Assembly: GCA_024137785.1 (NCBI GenBank)
Contig: JAHRHZ010000023.1
Span: 3,630,507 to 3,694,506, forward strand
Reading direction: 5' to 3'
Length of the DNA: 64,000 nt
Source of the DNA: Ginglymostoma cirratum
Lineage: Eukaryota
Shown: piece by piece, positions 12,046-24,025 of the stretch
Numbering within the stretch: the first letter of the stretch is position 1
Layout of the letters: each line of letters begins with the position of its first letter
The notes under the pieces: model-generated
Databases searched by the model: none
What the model was told of the DNA's origin: nothing
What the model saw: only the letters and a program-made list of their open reading frames with translations
Made by a program: the position numbers and the translations under genes

Positions 12046-12272
12046 TGCAGTGATTGGAACCAGGTGGATCTTATTGACTGTGATCCTTGATTGGGGCTGT
12101 TAAGCAGTGCCAATCAGGGAGTCCAGGCTGACAGATATAAACAGGAGTGTTAGAAAGTCTCCTCGTTTCTAGGGACCGACTCCAAGCTGGCTAGTCACAG
12201 TCAATGTACTATGCACATGTAAATAAAGGGTGACTTGGTGATGGGATACCAGCCTCAATGCAGTTATTTCAG
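12046..12272 (+). mobile_element. Solo-LTR-like element
   Basis: GATATAAA TATA-like motif, AATAAA at 12222-12227, ends TTATTTCA; homologous to 2082-2529. Confidence 0.55.
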
Positions 12273-12349
12273 TGCGAAAGATGTGTGTTCACAAGGTTGC
12301 CGCAGTAACATGTAAAATATATTAACACACGTTATTTTTGACACCAAAG

Positions 12350-12522
12350 GCAGAGAAAAGTAATTCGCGAATGAAGCAACTGAAGCGGCAGCTGGAAGAG
12401 GCTGAGGAGGAATCTCAGAGGATCAATGCCGCTCGGCGCAAACTCCAGCGAGAGCTGGAAGAGGCCACGGAGATGAATGAAGCCATGAGCCGTGAATGTA
12501 ACACACTGAAGAACAAACTCAG
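12350..12522 (+). CDS. MYH11: MYH11 last rod exon ([58 protein letters not shown])
   Basis: AAAG acceptor, GTAAAT donor; 173 nt; [26 protein letters not shown] motif. Confidence 0.95.
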
Positions 12523-13765
12523 GTAAATGCAACAACCCAGCCAATCTCCCAAAGGGGGAATTCGGTTGTGAGGGTCTCGGCCTACTAGCCTCTCCACAGT
12601 ACGGGAATTTCCCCATGTTGCTTGCTTGCTGAGACTTTATGTTTGATGGGATGTGGGCGTTACTGGCTAGGACAGGGCTTCTGGCTCATCCCTAACCTCC
12701 CTGCAACTGAATGGCTTGCTGGGGGCCAATGTCAGGGCACAGTTAAGAATCGACCCCATTGCTATGATTTTATCCATTTGCTTTTGGTGGGGACAGAGAA
12801 ACAGAAAGCAATTTACCAGTCTTCATCATTATCCCATGATCCGTGCTGCAAATTCCAGGATTAGGCTAAGGACAGATCAGCAGGAGAAAAAGGACATGTT
12901 GTTCTTAGTGTGTCCATAATGCCAGCAAGGCCTCAGTAATTGCCCAGTCCTAGTTACCCCTGTATGGGGTAATGGTGAGTCTTACCAAGTGAGCAGCTTG
13001 TCAGGACACTTCAGGGGTCATTAGGATCAACTAACAGTGTAGACCCAAGTTACACATAGACCCAGTAAATGGATAAATCCCGTTTCCAGGGACATTGGTG
13101 ACCTGGTTAACTTTTTATGACAATACATTGGCTTTAATGGCCTGTTTATTGGCTTTTACACTTTTTTTTCTGCATTACTACTTCTAAACCCTAATAGATT
13201 AGTTGAATTGGATTTCATAACTAGCTACGCTGTATTTGAACCCTCTGGATCTTTCATACTAGTTACAGAACCATCACATTCACAGATATTCAAAAATTGT
13301 TGGCCTGACGAAAACCTCAAAGCCCAGTGTAATACAGGCATAAACTCTACATGATCTCATTACAACATTTCAAAGACATTTGGATAGGGACATGAATAGG
13401 AAAGGTTTAGGGGGATATGGGCCAAACACAGGCAAGTGGGACTACTTCAGTTTAGGAAACCTGGTCAGCATAGATGAGTTAGACCATACCGTATGACTCC
13501 GTAACACTTCAGACTGAGTTCATTAAATATCACTGTGTATATTACCAACAGCTAAAGAACTGTTCCCTAACATAGAATAGATTTTACAATGGCTTTTCCC
13601 CCTCAATTTATTGCTATCTGCAGGATTTCACTTCGTAAGAGTCAGAGAGCGTTCTGTTTGTAGACCTCTGCTCAACATGTGCTCGCTCTGATTATTCTTT
13701 GTATTGAGAGTTATTTATAATAGGAATGATTTGTAACCGTGAGGGAAATCTTGTCTTTATTACAG

Positions 13766-13798
13766 AAGTGCACATGAACCTGCTCAGTGAATGCCCAG
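13766..13798 (+). CDS. MYH11: MYH11 SM2-type alternative micro-exon: (R)SAHEPAQ-stop (TGA at 13788-13790)
   Basis: TCTTTATTACAG acceptor, CAG|GTACCA donor; correct phase after ...KLR; ends Q-TGA-x8, like the mammalian 39-nt SM2 exon (GPPPQETSQ*). Confidence 0.8.
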
Positions 13799-15656
13799 GT
13801 ACCAATCCGCAGCTACGCAACTTTTAGTATTGCTCAAACTTCCAGCTCTTTTCCTCCTTAAGTACTGACACAAGGTTTCTGAAAACTCTGAAGGCTGAAG
13901 ACAAGTATCAGAATTAAAACAAAAGAAACAAGTGATGTAAAGACAGAAGAGCCACAGGATGTGATTTATATGCAACTTAGTAGATAGTGAGGGCTCAGGG
14001 AGATATAAATCTTATCTCATGGCTCTTCATCCTACATTCTCTTTATACCACATGTTAGATAAAACAGGAAACAAATTGTAACATTTCATGGACAGACAGT
14101 ACTGAATTTCAAATTGTTCCTGGTATGTTCACGCCTAACTATATTTTCTCCAACTGTGAAATACATTCCATGGAAATAATATTACATGTGGTATAAGTAA
14201 CTGGAACAGAAGTTCTAATAGATACAGAATAAACAGCTTAACACTTAATATTGCTGTGCAGATGCAGCAGAATGTGCAACTTCGATATGTACTCAAGGCT
14301 GTCACTAACAGTTTGTGCTTCATTTGACAAGACCCTGACACTGCCGAATCCTCAAAGATTTGTGAATCTTATTGTAGCCTTGATTGTGTTTTTTTTTTCC
14401 CTTACTCCTCACTCCTCAGACCTCACCCACATTTTGTTCACAGCTCACCTGCAATGGAGAGTTGGGAGCATGCACAGCTGTAGGCAAAGTGAGAATTCGG
14501 AGAAGTGAAGATCACCCAGTGGACCATTTCGACTCCTTTATTTTATCACATATAGGATTTGGGGAAACCAGCCACAAGTCAAACCATCTCCTTACCATCC
14601 CATAGCACAATGGGCCACAAATCACTGTAAAGTACAGTTATATGATCTTTTACTACATCAGCAGTCACTAAGGCATTTCTAAAAGCAAAACTCTGCGGCA
14701 GTTAAGGGGTCGACCCAGTCTGCTTTATTAATTCTAAGCTACAGAGCCGTTTTACTTTCAGAAGCCCTTTGAGGATGGTATGAATAATCAATTTAGCAGT
14801 TTCAACCAGATTACTTTTTTAAAAAATATATTTTTCATTCTTCATAAATTCAACAAAAATGAGACGTTGATTAAAAAGTTGATAGAGACGGATATTTTAT
14901 AATTTATTCTCATCACTTGGTCCTCAAAGGGTTAACGAAACAGACGTACAATAGGAAGCATGGCTATGGCATATTCACAAAAGATATTGTTATTTAAGGG
15001 CACACAGTGGCTGCAAACAAACTTATGGTGTTTGCTTAAACTGAATAACTGAGAATTTTGATATTAGCAGTATATTTTATGCCCATTTTAAGCTTATCAA
15101 CTGTTCACAACAGATCATCAGAGCCATGAAGTAATTAGTGCCCAGTTTATTTTCACACCGAAGCACAATTGAGGCACACTCACTGATGCTGTTTTATCTA
15201 ACTCCACTTCTTTGTAGAATTAAATTGCTTGAATAGACGTATAGACGATGCATTTATTAGGTTTTAAAAATATCCAGAAATAGCCCTACCTAGCCATTGG
15301 TACCCCAAGCATGTGTAGTTTCAAAGCACATCTATTTGCATGTTTGAAGTCACAATAGTAATTTGTCATAGGATAATCACTGTCAGCCAAGTGGGAAGAC
15401 TGCAATCGGACTGGTCATGGTTCCCACATTGATGGCAAGGGCTAGAGATTTAAATCAAAAATAGAATGTTTACCTCTCACCCACAATCTGTGTGCTGAAC
15501 ATGCAACGAAAAAGTAGTAGCTAGTTTCATGGAGAGATCACTAAGATTGACATTAGAAGTCAGGCCCTGACAGCAACAAACTACAATCCCTCATTACAAA
15601 AACAAAGCTGCTGGAAAAGCTCAGCAGGTCTGGCAGCATCTGTGAAGGAGAAAACA

Positions 15657-15696
15657 GAGTTAACGTTTCGGGTCCGGTGACCCTTCCTCAGAACTC
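15657..15696 (-). ncRNA. Minimal type-I hammerhead ribozyme motif (best-preserved copy)
   Basis: GAGTT-CTGAGGA-A-GGGTC(ACCG)GACCC-GAAA-CG-TT-AACTC: 5-bp stem I, 5-bp stem II, palindromic ACGT in place of stem III. Confidence 0.7.
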
Positions 15697-15697
15697 A

Positions 15698-16097
15698 NNN
15701 NNNNNNNNNNNNNNNNNNNNNNNNNNNNNNNNNNNNNNNNNNNNNNNNNNNNNNNNNNNNNNNNNNNNNNNNNNNNNNNNNNNNNNNNNNNNNNNNNNNN
15801 NNNNNNNNNNNNNNNNNNNNNNNNNNNNNNNNNNNNNNNNNNNNNNNNNNNNNNNNNNNNNNNNNNNNNNNNNNNNNNNNNNNNNNNNNNNNNNNNNNNN
15901 NNNNNNNNNNNNNNNNNNNNNNNNNNNNNNNNNNNNNNNNNNNNNNNNNNNNNNNNNNNNNNNNNNNNNNNNNNNNNNNNNNNNNNNNNNNNNNNNNNNN
16001 NNNNNNNNNNNNNNNNNNNNNNNNNNNNNNNNNNNNNNNNNNNNNNNNNNNNNNNNNNNNNNNNNNNNNNNNNNNNNNNNNNNNNNNNNNNNNNNNN
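15698..16097. other. Assembly gap (400 N)
   Basis: N run. Confidence 0.99.
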
Positions 16098-16547
16098 TTT
16101 TCTCCTTCACAGATGCTGCCAGACCTGCTGAGCTTTTCCAGCAACTTTGTTTTTGTTCCTGATTTACAGCATCCGCAGTTCTTTCGATTTCAGCCTTCAT
16201 TACAAGGTTTCTTTAATTATAAAATGCTGCATCATTTAAAGAGAATTCACACACGTCACAATCTATCTACCTAAATTTTACAATCGTCCACAGGCACCTT
16301 TTTAGTTGTGGAAGGCTGGAAGGTAGTTAATCTGAAAACATTCCTTGTTAGTATCGTTTAAACCAGCAGACACCTTTCTCATAGTTGAGAATCTCAAGTA
16401 GTTGGGAGACCTACATCCATCTAGCGCATCATTGGCTGTTGATGGATTGCGCACCTCTTTACATTAAAAGTCGATAGAGAGTTGTTTGCAGGGGTCATCA
16501 AGTTTTGACTTTTGCTGCTTGCTAACATGCTGCATCCCTTGGTGTAG

Positions 16548-16689
16548 ACGGGGAAACGAGCCGATGTTGAGTGGAACACGGAGATCTGGTGGCAGACGCG
16601 GAGTAATCGATAACACCTCACTGGAGAACTCTGATGAAGATGCTGGAGGACGAGATGCAGACTTCAATGGTACAAAACCAAATGAATAA
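16548..16689 (+). CDS. MYH11: MYH11 terminal exon, SM1 non-helical tailpiece (RGNEPMLSGTRRSGGRRGVIDNTSLENSDEDAGGRDADFNGTKPNE*)
   Basis: GCTAAC branch point at 16521, TAG acceptor; RGNE...RRSGGRR...RDADFNGTK distinguishes MYH11 SM1 from MYH9/MYH10. Confidence 0.95.
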
Positions 16690-17360
16690 CGACCGAATAA
16701 TTACGGTATAGATAAGGGGGGAAAGTGATTTGAAAAACATTCAAAAAAAAAGTCACACTCTTACGTTACTAACAGGGCACTTTTTTCCCATTTATAAAGG
16801 TTACTTGTTCACGATTTAAAACAAATTACTTTCACGTGCATGTGGGCGAAACTATTTTATTTTACTAAATATTTTACATGTATCAGTTTCAAAAGATATG
16901 CTAGCATTTAAAATATATTGTAAAAATGAAATGTTAAAATATGTAACTCTTACGTGCACTGCCTGGATGGGTTAGGATTTTAAAAATGGTATTTTGTTGC
17001 GAAACCATAAATGCAAATAGCACCAAAAATATAAAAGTTCACTCTTCCCTTCCCAAAAGGATTTGGTCCTATTCAGTAGTGCGATGTAATCAGAGATGTG
17101 TGGTGCCCTTTGTTTTCATAGGAAGAGCCAAGTACATTACTGTACCATTTACAACACATTCACAATACACCAGATAACTGCAACACCAGTCACATCGTTC
17201 CATACAATTGCTTTATTCAGCCACATGAACTACTGGATTTGAAAATAAACTACTGTTTGCGGTAACATATTCATAACATGCTAAACTTAGTCCGCAAAGA
17301 GTTTCTGAAATTGTTTATGATCCACTATCACAAATAAAGGAATTTGTATCACAATTTCAA
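16690..17360 (+). terminator. MYH11: MYH11 3'UTR with candidate poly(A) signals AATAAA at 17244-17249 and 17333-17338
   Basis: AT-rich, repeat-free sequence after the stop; two AATAAA hexamers, the second followed by T/GT-rich sequence. Confidence 0.6.
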
Positions 17361-18154
17361 GCCTTATTTTTAATTTTTGCAAATGCACATCTGTATCTGC
17401 AGGTTTTCTTCAGATAGCTATCATCTGAACAGAGTAATAAGTCAGAATGGAATTTCACAGGAACTTGGTATCTCAACTCAAACAGTCCTTGAGACACAAG
17501 AAAGCACATTGCCTGCATGACATCCTGGGTTGGATTCAGCCAAGCTCAACCTAATCAAGTGCTTTTCCTTTTTGCCAACTGAGAGTCATCAATCCAGCCA
17601 ATCTCACTCGGAATGAGAGAGAGCAAAAGACAAAAATATGCTGGAAATCACAGTGGGTCAGTCAGCATCCATGGAGAGGGGGTAAGCTAATGTTTCGAGT
17701 CTAGATGTGATTTCCAGCATCTGCAGTAATTTGCTCCTACCTGGAGAGCACAAAACACTGAGCCAAAATTTCATACTAAACCGGTACTTGGAGAATCTCA
17801 CGTAGTGTGTTGACACAGTGATTGGGAAACTGGAGTTTCTGGATTTCCTCACATTGTACAGAATAAGGACTGGGACAGCTAGAGATACTGTTAAAAAACC
17901 TGCTCAGACCTATTATGTCTGGGGCTTGTGGGACCTGAACCTGGACCTGGACCTTCAGGCCCAGAATCATGGACATTTCCACTGCACCACAGAAATATTT
18001 GTAATCAACCATAGACATGTTACAATGCACCCCGGGCGGAGGTGGGACTTGAACTTCTAAACCAGAGCAGGAATACTACCACAAGACACCAATACTTGCT
18101 GGCGTAGGTACTTTGAAACATCCGTACACAGATACGTAAAAAATAAATGCAGCA

Positions 18155-18364
18155 AGGATCAGTTAGTTGGCCAGATGGCTTACACTACAGAGTGAAAACA
18201 ACAATGTGGGTTCAACTCCTGCTCCAGCCGAGGTTACCACAAAGGACTCTCCTCAACTTCTCCCCTTGTCTAAGGCAAGGTGACTCTCAGATTAAACCAC
18301 CACAAGTCCTCTGTCTCTAATGAGACAGCAGGCCCATGGTCTGGTAGGACTATGGTAACTTCAC
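18155..18364 (+). mobile_element. Unnamed SINE-like repeat (antisense copy ~4545-4660)
   Basis: GGGTTCAACTCC B-box-like motif; CAGATTAAACCACCAC...CTAATGAG shared with the 4545 copy. Confidence 0.5.
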
Positions 18365-18877
18365 ATCCTTTTGCATGAATATAATTACGTGTTTACGTGC
18401 AGTTGCAACATTTTGGCTGTCACTTTATGGACTTTATTGCTCCAACTATTTTGGGATATGTCTGCACTGGAATTGTGACTGAAAATAATGATATTGCTCC
18501 AACTATTGCAAAACAACAGGAGAGATAAATGCTTCTGCTGTTCTCCCAGTCTGAGCATTTAAAAGTGATTGAGTTTTTAACGGCACAGGAAGAGGCCATT
18601 CAGCCCATTGTATCCACATGGCCATCCAACATCCAACACTCAGCCTGTTGCCTTCAATGCTGTGGCATTTCAAATGCTCGTGTGAATAATTCTTAAATGT
18701 TTTAAGAGTTTCTGCCTCAACCACACTTTCAAGCAGTGATGACCAGATACTTTAAATCTTCTGGGTGAAAATATTCTTCCTTAAGTTCGCTGTAAAACTA
18801 CAGCTTCTCACATTCAAACTGTATCCCCTGGTTAGTTAATCCCTTGAATAAGGAGAAACATTTTTCCCTGTCACTCC

Positions 18878-19230
18878 TTTATTCATTCAGGGGATGAATG
18901 TGTCACTAGCTAGGTGGCATTTATTGCCCATCCCTAATTGCCCAGAGGGCAGTTCAGAGTCAACCACATTGCTGTGGGTCTGGAGTCACATGTAGGCCAG
19001 ATCAGGTGAGGATGGCAGTTTCCTTCCCTAAAGGGGATTAGTGAAACAGGTGGATTTTTCCCCAATAATCAACAATGGATTCATGGTCATCATTAGACTC
19101 TTAATTCCAGATAATTAATGAATTCAAATTCCACCATCTGCCGTGGCAAGATTTGAACCTGGATCCCCAGAACATTACCCGGGTCTCTGGATTAACAGTC
19201 TAGTGATCATACCATTAGGCCATCGCCGCC
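18878..19230 (-). mobile_element. DeuSINE-like SINE (further copies ~3748-4080, 5090-5370, 33283-33607, 51400-51724 on -; ~25060-25335, 56910-57262, 63871-64000 on +)
   Basis: Reverse complement of the 7268-7611 family. Confidence 0.75.
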
Positions 19231-22200
19231 CCTCATTGCCCCTCAGAACTTTGTACACTTCAATCAGGCCCTCATATCAAAGCTGATGGAATCACCAAGA
19301 CTCGAAACATTAGCTTGCTTTCTCTCCACAGATGCTGCCTGACCTGCTGTGATTTCCAGCAGTTTTTGTTTTCAATATTAGAACGTACCTGCAACTATAT
19401 AGATTCAGAGTTTGAATTTTAAGATGGTGTCAGTGTTATGGATAATAACAAAAGAATGAAACATAACAAACAGGGGCTTGGGTTTGCTTCACTTTCCCAA
19501 CCCCATGAATAAATGAGGTGGAGAGTAAACTCTTCACTGACTGTTTGGGACATTGGTCACATTGCAGGGTTTCTGACAAAAAAAAAAAAAAAAAAAAAAA
19601 AAATCGGTGTCCAAACAAGGTTGTCCTTTAAAGCAGCAGCCTTGGTGGGTTATTTTAAAGGAATATGGTTGCCCAAACTGAAAAGCGTGGAGTTTATTTT
19701 GTAGTCTATGTAAGAAACACAACCACAAGCAATTCTGCAGGACAGGGATTTATATTGGACTTTGGAACGCTGCTAAATGGTCTGTCTTATACCTGAAGTA
19801 ATAAGCAAGCCATATCAAAATGACACTCCTTCACTCATTTCAAACCCAAAGCTGTCAAGCAATAGCTGACGGGTGGAATTTTGTAGGGGGTTTGATCAAT
19901 ATAGGGTATGACAGGAAATTTGACAGAATTTGGTGAGAAATTATGTGAGGCCCATTGCAACATCAGGAGGAACTCACTGTATCTTTTATCTTCTTTCCAC
20001 TGCTACCACTGTGTGGGTGTGTGGGTGTGTACCTGCTACCCTGGCAGCTCCATGACCCTACACCTTGGGGCAATCCAGTGTACCTGGTGTGGGTGAGGGT
20101 GGTACCAGGCTGGTTACTGGAAGACAAGGGCTGACCATGGCTCAGGACACCATTGCAAAACACCCCCTGTCTGATGTGGGGCACTGATACAGTGCTCCCA
20201 GGATAGGGACAGGGTAGGGGGTGGGGTTACTGAAGGTGTGGTCCCACTGCTCAGGGTTGGGGGACATCCTCTAGACAATGGGGTGGGGTGGGGTGGGGTG
20301 GAGTGGAGTGGAAGACACCATCTTGGTGAGCTGTGCTCTTCACCACCAAAGTAGGCAATATGAGAGGCACTGAGAAACTGGGTGGGGAGTGGGAACAGTC
20401 TTCCAGGGAGGGGGCTGAGCGGGCTGGTGAGGGCACTAGGGACCAGGAAAGAACTGAGCTGTATCAGGCACTACGAACCGGACAGGAGCCGAGTGCCACA
20501 CAGCTCAGGTGGAGGAGAGCTGGATGTAACAGATCACCATGGAGTGTAAAATGTCACTGGGGACAATGGTGCTCACAGGGAGGGGGTGAATGTCAGTCTG
20601 CGGTCACTGTGTGCTCACTTACTGCGTTGTAGTGAATAAAAGCTGGTGCTTGGGATGGTCTGCTTTTCCTGCGATATCCCCCTCTGACGGACAGCGACAG
20701 GATTCAGATCTCCAGTGGGGACAGGGGACAGGGGACAGGGCAGCTATGACTTACTCAGGGTATTCAGACAGGAGAACAAAATGTTCTGGAGAAGAGCCGT
20801 ATCAGACTCAAAACATTAATTCAGCCTTGGTGGTATTTTATTTTAATTCAGCGTTAAGACGGGATACAGCTATGGACACGTAGACCATGGGGCCTGGTAG
20901 TTAAACAGTGACAAGGGTGAGGGAGTGTCAGTAGTGCCAGCTCTGTGCCATGGACGGTGCAGCTTCACAGCTACATGCCAGCACATTGCCAATGGGGGCC
21001 AGCGCTGGACACTAACACTCATCCAGGTGCGTAGGGGCCTTTGAAAGATGAGGCAAGCACAAGGGATGCTGGCCTTTTGGTCGACGTTCACAAAGACAGT
21101 TGTTGGATAGGGCTTGAATCAGGTGAGGGGGCACGGTGGGTAGTTAGGCAAGGAGAGAGATCTTGCTGTGAGAAACCCTCCGTGAAACTTGACAAAACCA
21201 ACACTTGGCCAATAACAATGCAGGGATCAAGCTGATGTTTCAGGGCAAAAAACAGCATTTCGAAGTTGCCAATCTTCTTTATGGAAAGCATCAGTCAGCT
21301 TGTAGAGGAGGGCGCTCCTTCTGACCAATACCCTATTTACCATCCTCCATGAACTTCAATTCACCCAAATCTCCCTGTATCACAGAGGCAGAGTTCCAGA
21401 AGTACAGTGGTGTACAGGGAGGCCATGCAGCCTAGCACATCTGAACTGGCTTGCTAAGCACTTTAACAAATGTGAATCACCTGCCTTTTTCCTGCAAACC
21501 TGCACATTTGTTTAAATTTAAACAATCAATCAGCCGATGCCTTAAACTCCTGCCTGAGCTAACGCCTCCAAATTTCATATTTCCACCAAGTGGCAGCTCG
21601 GAGCCACCTCTATCCTAAATTAACATTTTGATCCGTGTGTCCATATGTCTGTGACTCACCTCTACCCATTTCCAAGGTCTGCTCTACCCTCCAATCCACC
21701 ACGATCCCAGTGATCTCCCACTTCTGGCCTCTTGCATTCACCCGGTTTTAATTATTCCACAGCCTCAACTGCCAGGACAGGGGGTCATAGTCAGAGAGAT
21801 TAACAGGCCCTTCAGCCCATCAAGTCTGCACTGGCCATTTAAATAAAAACCCTCCAAACTATTCCAACCCTAATTTTGCAGCAGCTGGCTGTAGGCTTGC
21901 AGGCCTTGGCATCACAAGTGCACACCTGTCTGGAAGTTCCTCCTGAAACTTTTCCATCTCCCGCTCTTTAAAGCTACCCTTTGATCAGTAACATCTTATG
22001 TCACTCCATGTCGACCTTGCTTGATAACACTGCCTGGGCAGTGCGACTCCCCTTGTAAACACGGTAAGATATCCTATCCAAACACAGCGTGCTGTTGCTG
22101 CTTTCATCACTGACAACAGCCACTCTTAAAGCCAGTTACACGCAGGTGTAGTGGAGGAGCAGGTGCGAAAAGACAAGGAATTAGTCATTAAATTCCAAGT

Positions 22201-22902
22201 ATAACAGCAGATAGTAGAGTATAAACCCAAACTAACAAATGATCTCTGTAACTGATCATAACTCTAAAATTGTTATGATGGCTACTGGTAAAATTGGCCA
22301 AGCTCAGATTTCCCTCGGTACCAAACAGTAACATAGCAGCTCATTGATCAGTCAAACACAACCAGCAGTAAAATGGGTTTAACATCCCAATATTCCAATA
22401 GTATAGGATTTGGTCAGTCACCGCAGTCAGTGATCTCTCAACCCCCAAGTCTTCTGGTCTCTGCTTATGTGAAGCTCAAACAGAGGGTAGGAACCAGGGA
22501 GACTGGGGGTCAGGGAGAGAATGAGATGGGGTGGGGGGGGTGCAGGAAATGAGGTTGTAGATTTGCTTGCTGAGCTGGTGTGTTTGATTGCAGACATTTC
22601 ATCACCCTGCTGGGTAACAAAATCTTCTCAAAAACTTTGGAGGGGGCAATGCAATGGAGAGAGAATGGCTTTGGGGGGTAAATCCAGACCTGGAGGACCC
22701 AGTTTCAAAAAGGAGCTTCTCATTAAAGATAAAGATGAGGAAAATTTTATTGGAAGCATTGGATCGCTACCCCTGAAAGCAATGGAAACCAGGTCATTTG
22801 AATTCAAAGGGGGAGTTGCACAAGATTTTTAATCTACAAACAAGTCAGGTTTTATGGGGGCAAATAGGAAAGTACAGGGAGGTCAGAGACAGCTCAGCAA
22901 CC

Positions 22903-24025
22903 ATAGAGTTATAGAGATGTACAGCATGGAAACAGACCCTTCAGTCCAACTTGACTATGCCTAGCAGATATCTTAAATTAATCTTGTCCTATTTGCCAGC
23001 ATTTGGCCCATATCACTCTAAATCCTTCCTATTCATGTACACATCCAGATGCCTGTTAAATGTTGTAATTGTACCAGCCTCCACCACTTCCTCTAGCAGC
23101 TCATTCCACACACGCACCACCCTCTGTTTGAAAAAGTTACTCCTCAGGTCCTTTTTAAATCTTTCCCCCTTTCACTTTAAACTTCATATCCTCTAGTTTT
23201 GGACTCTCCCACCCTCAGAAAAAGACCTTGGCTTTTCACCCTATTCATGCCCCTCATGATTTTATAAATCTCTATAAAAGGTCATCCCTCAGCCTTAGAC
23301 ACTCCAGGGAAAATAGCCCAAGCCTATTCAGCCTCTCCCTATAAGCTCAAAGGCTCCAAACCCTGGCAACATTCTTGTAAATCTTTTCTAAACCCTTTCA
23401 AGTTTCACAACATCCATCCTATAGCAGGGAGACCAGAACCACATGCAGTATTCCAAAAGTGGCCTAACCAGTGTCCTGTACAGCCACAACATGACATCCC
23501 AACTCATATACGCAATGCACTGACTAATAAAGGCAAGTCTACCAAACACCACCTTCACTATAACACATTTCACATCTCCCAATTCTGAAGAAGGGTCCCG
23601 ACCCCAAATGTCAACATTCCTGCTCCTCTGATGCTGCCTGACCTGCTGTGTTCCTCTAGCTCCACACTGTGTTATCTTGGACTCCAGCATCTGCAGCTCT
23701 TGCTATCTCTGGACTTTCTTCACTAACCTATCCACCTGCAACTCCACTTTCAAGGAGCTGTGAGCCTGTACTCCAAGGTCTCTTTGTTCAGCAACATCTC
23801 CCCAGGACCTTACCATTAAGTGTATAAGTCCTGCCCCGATTTGTCCTCGCAAAATGCATTTATCTAAATTAAACTCCACTTGGCAATCCTTGGCCCATCT
23901 GATCAAGGTCCCATTGTACTCAGAGCACAGAAAGTTTTATCCACTACACCAGTTTTGATGTCATCTGCAAACTTACTAATCATACCTCCTATATTGACAT
24001 CCAAATCATTTATACAAAATGACAA
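22903..24025 (-). mobile_element. Decayed CR1-type LINE, interrupted by a PLE-derived insertion at ~23560-23710
   Basis: LYRTLVRPLLEYC, WAKDCQVEFNLDKC and EQRDLGV remnants in ORF track; CR1 3' tail at the left end. Confidence 0.85.

Noticed and set aside
15677-16200. Long ORFs of 149-170 aa in the ORF track
   Set aside because: Artefacts of translating through the N gap; flanks are PLE repeat
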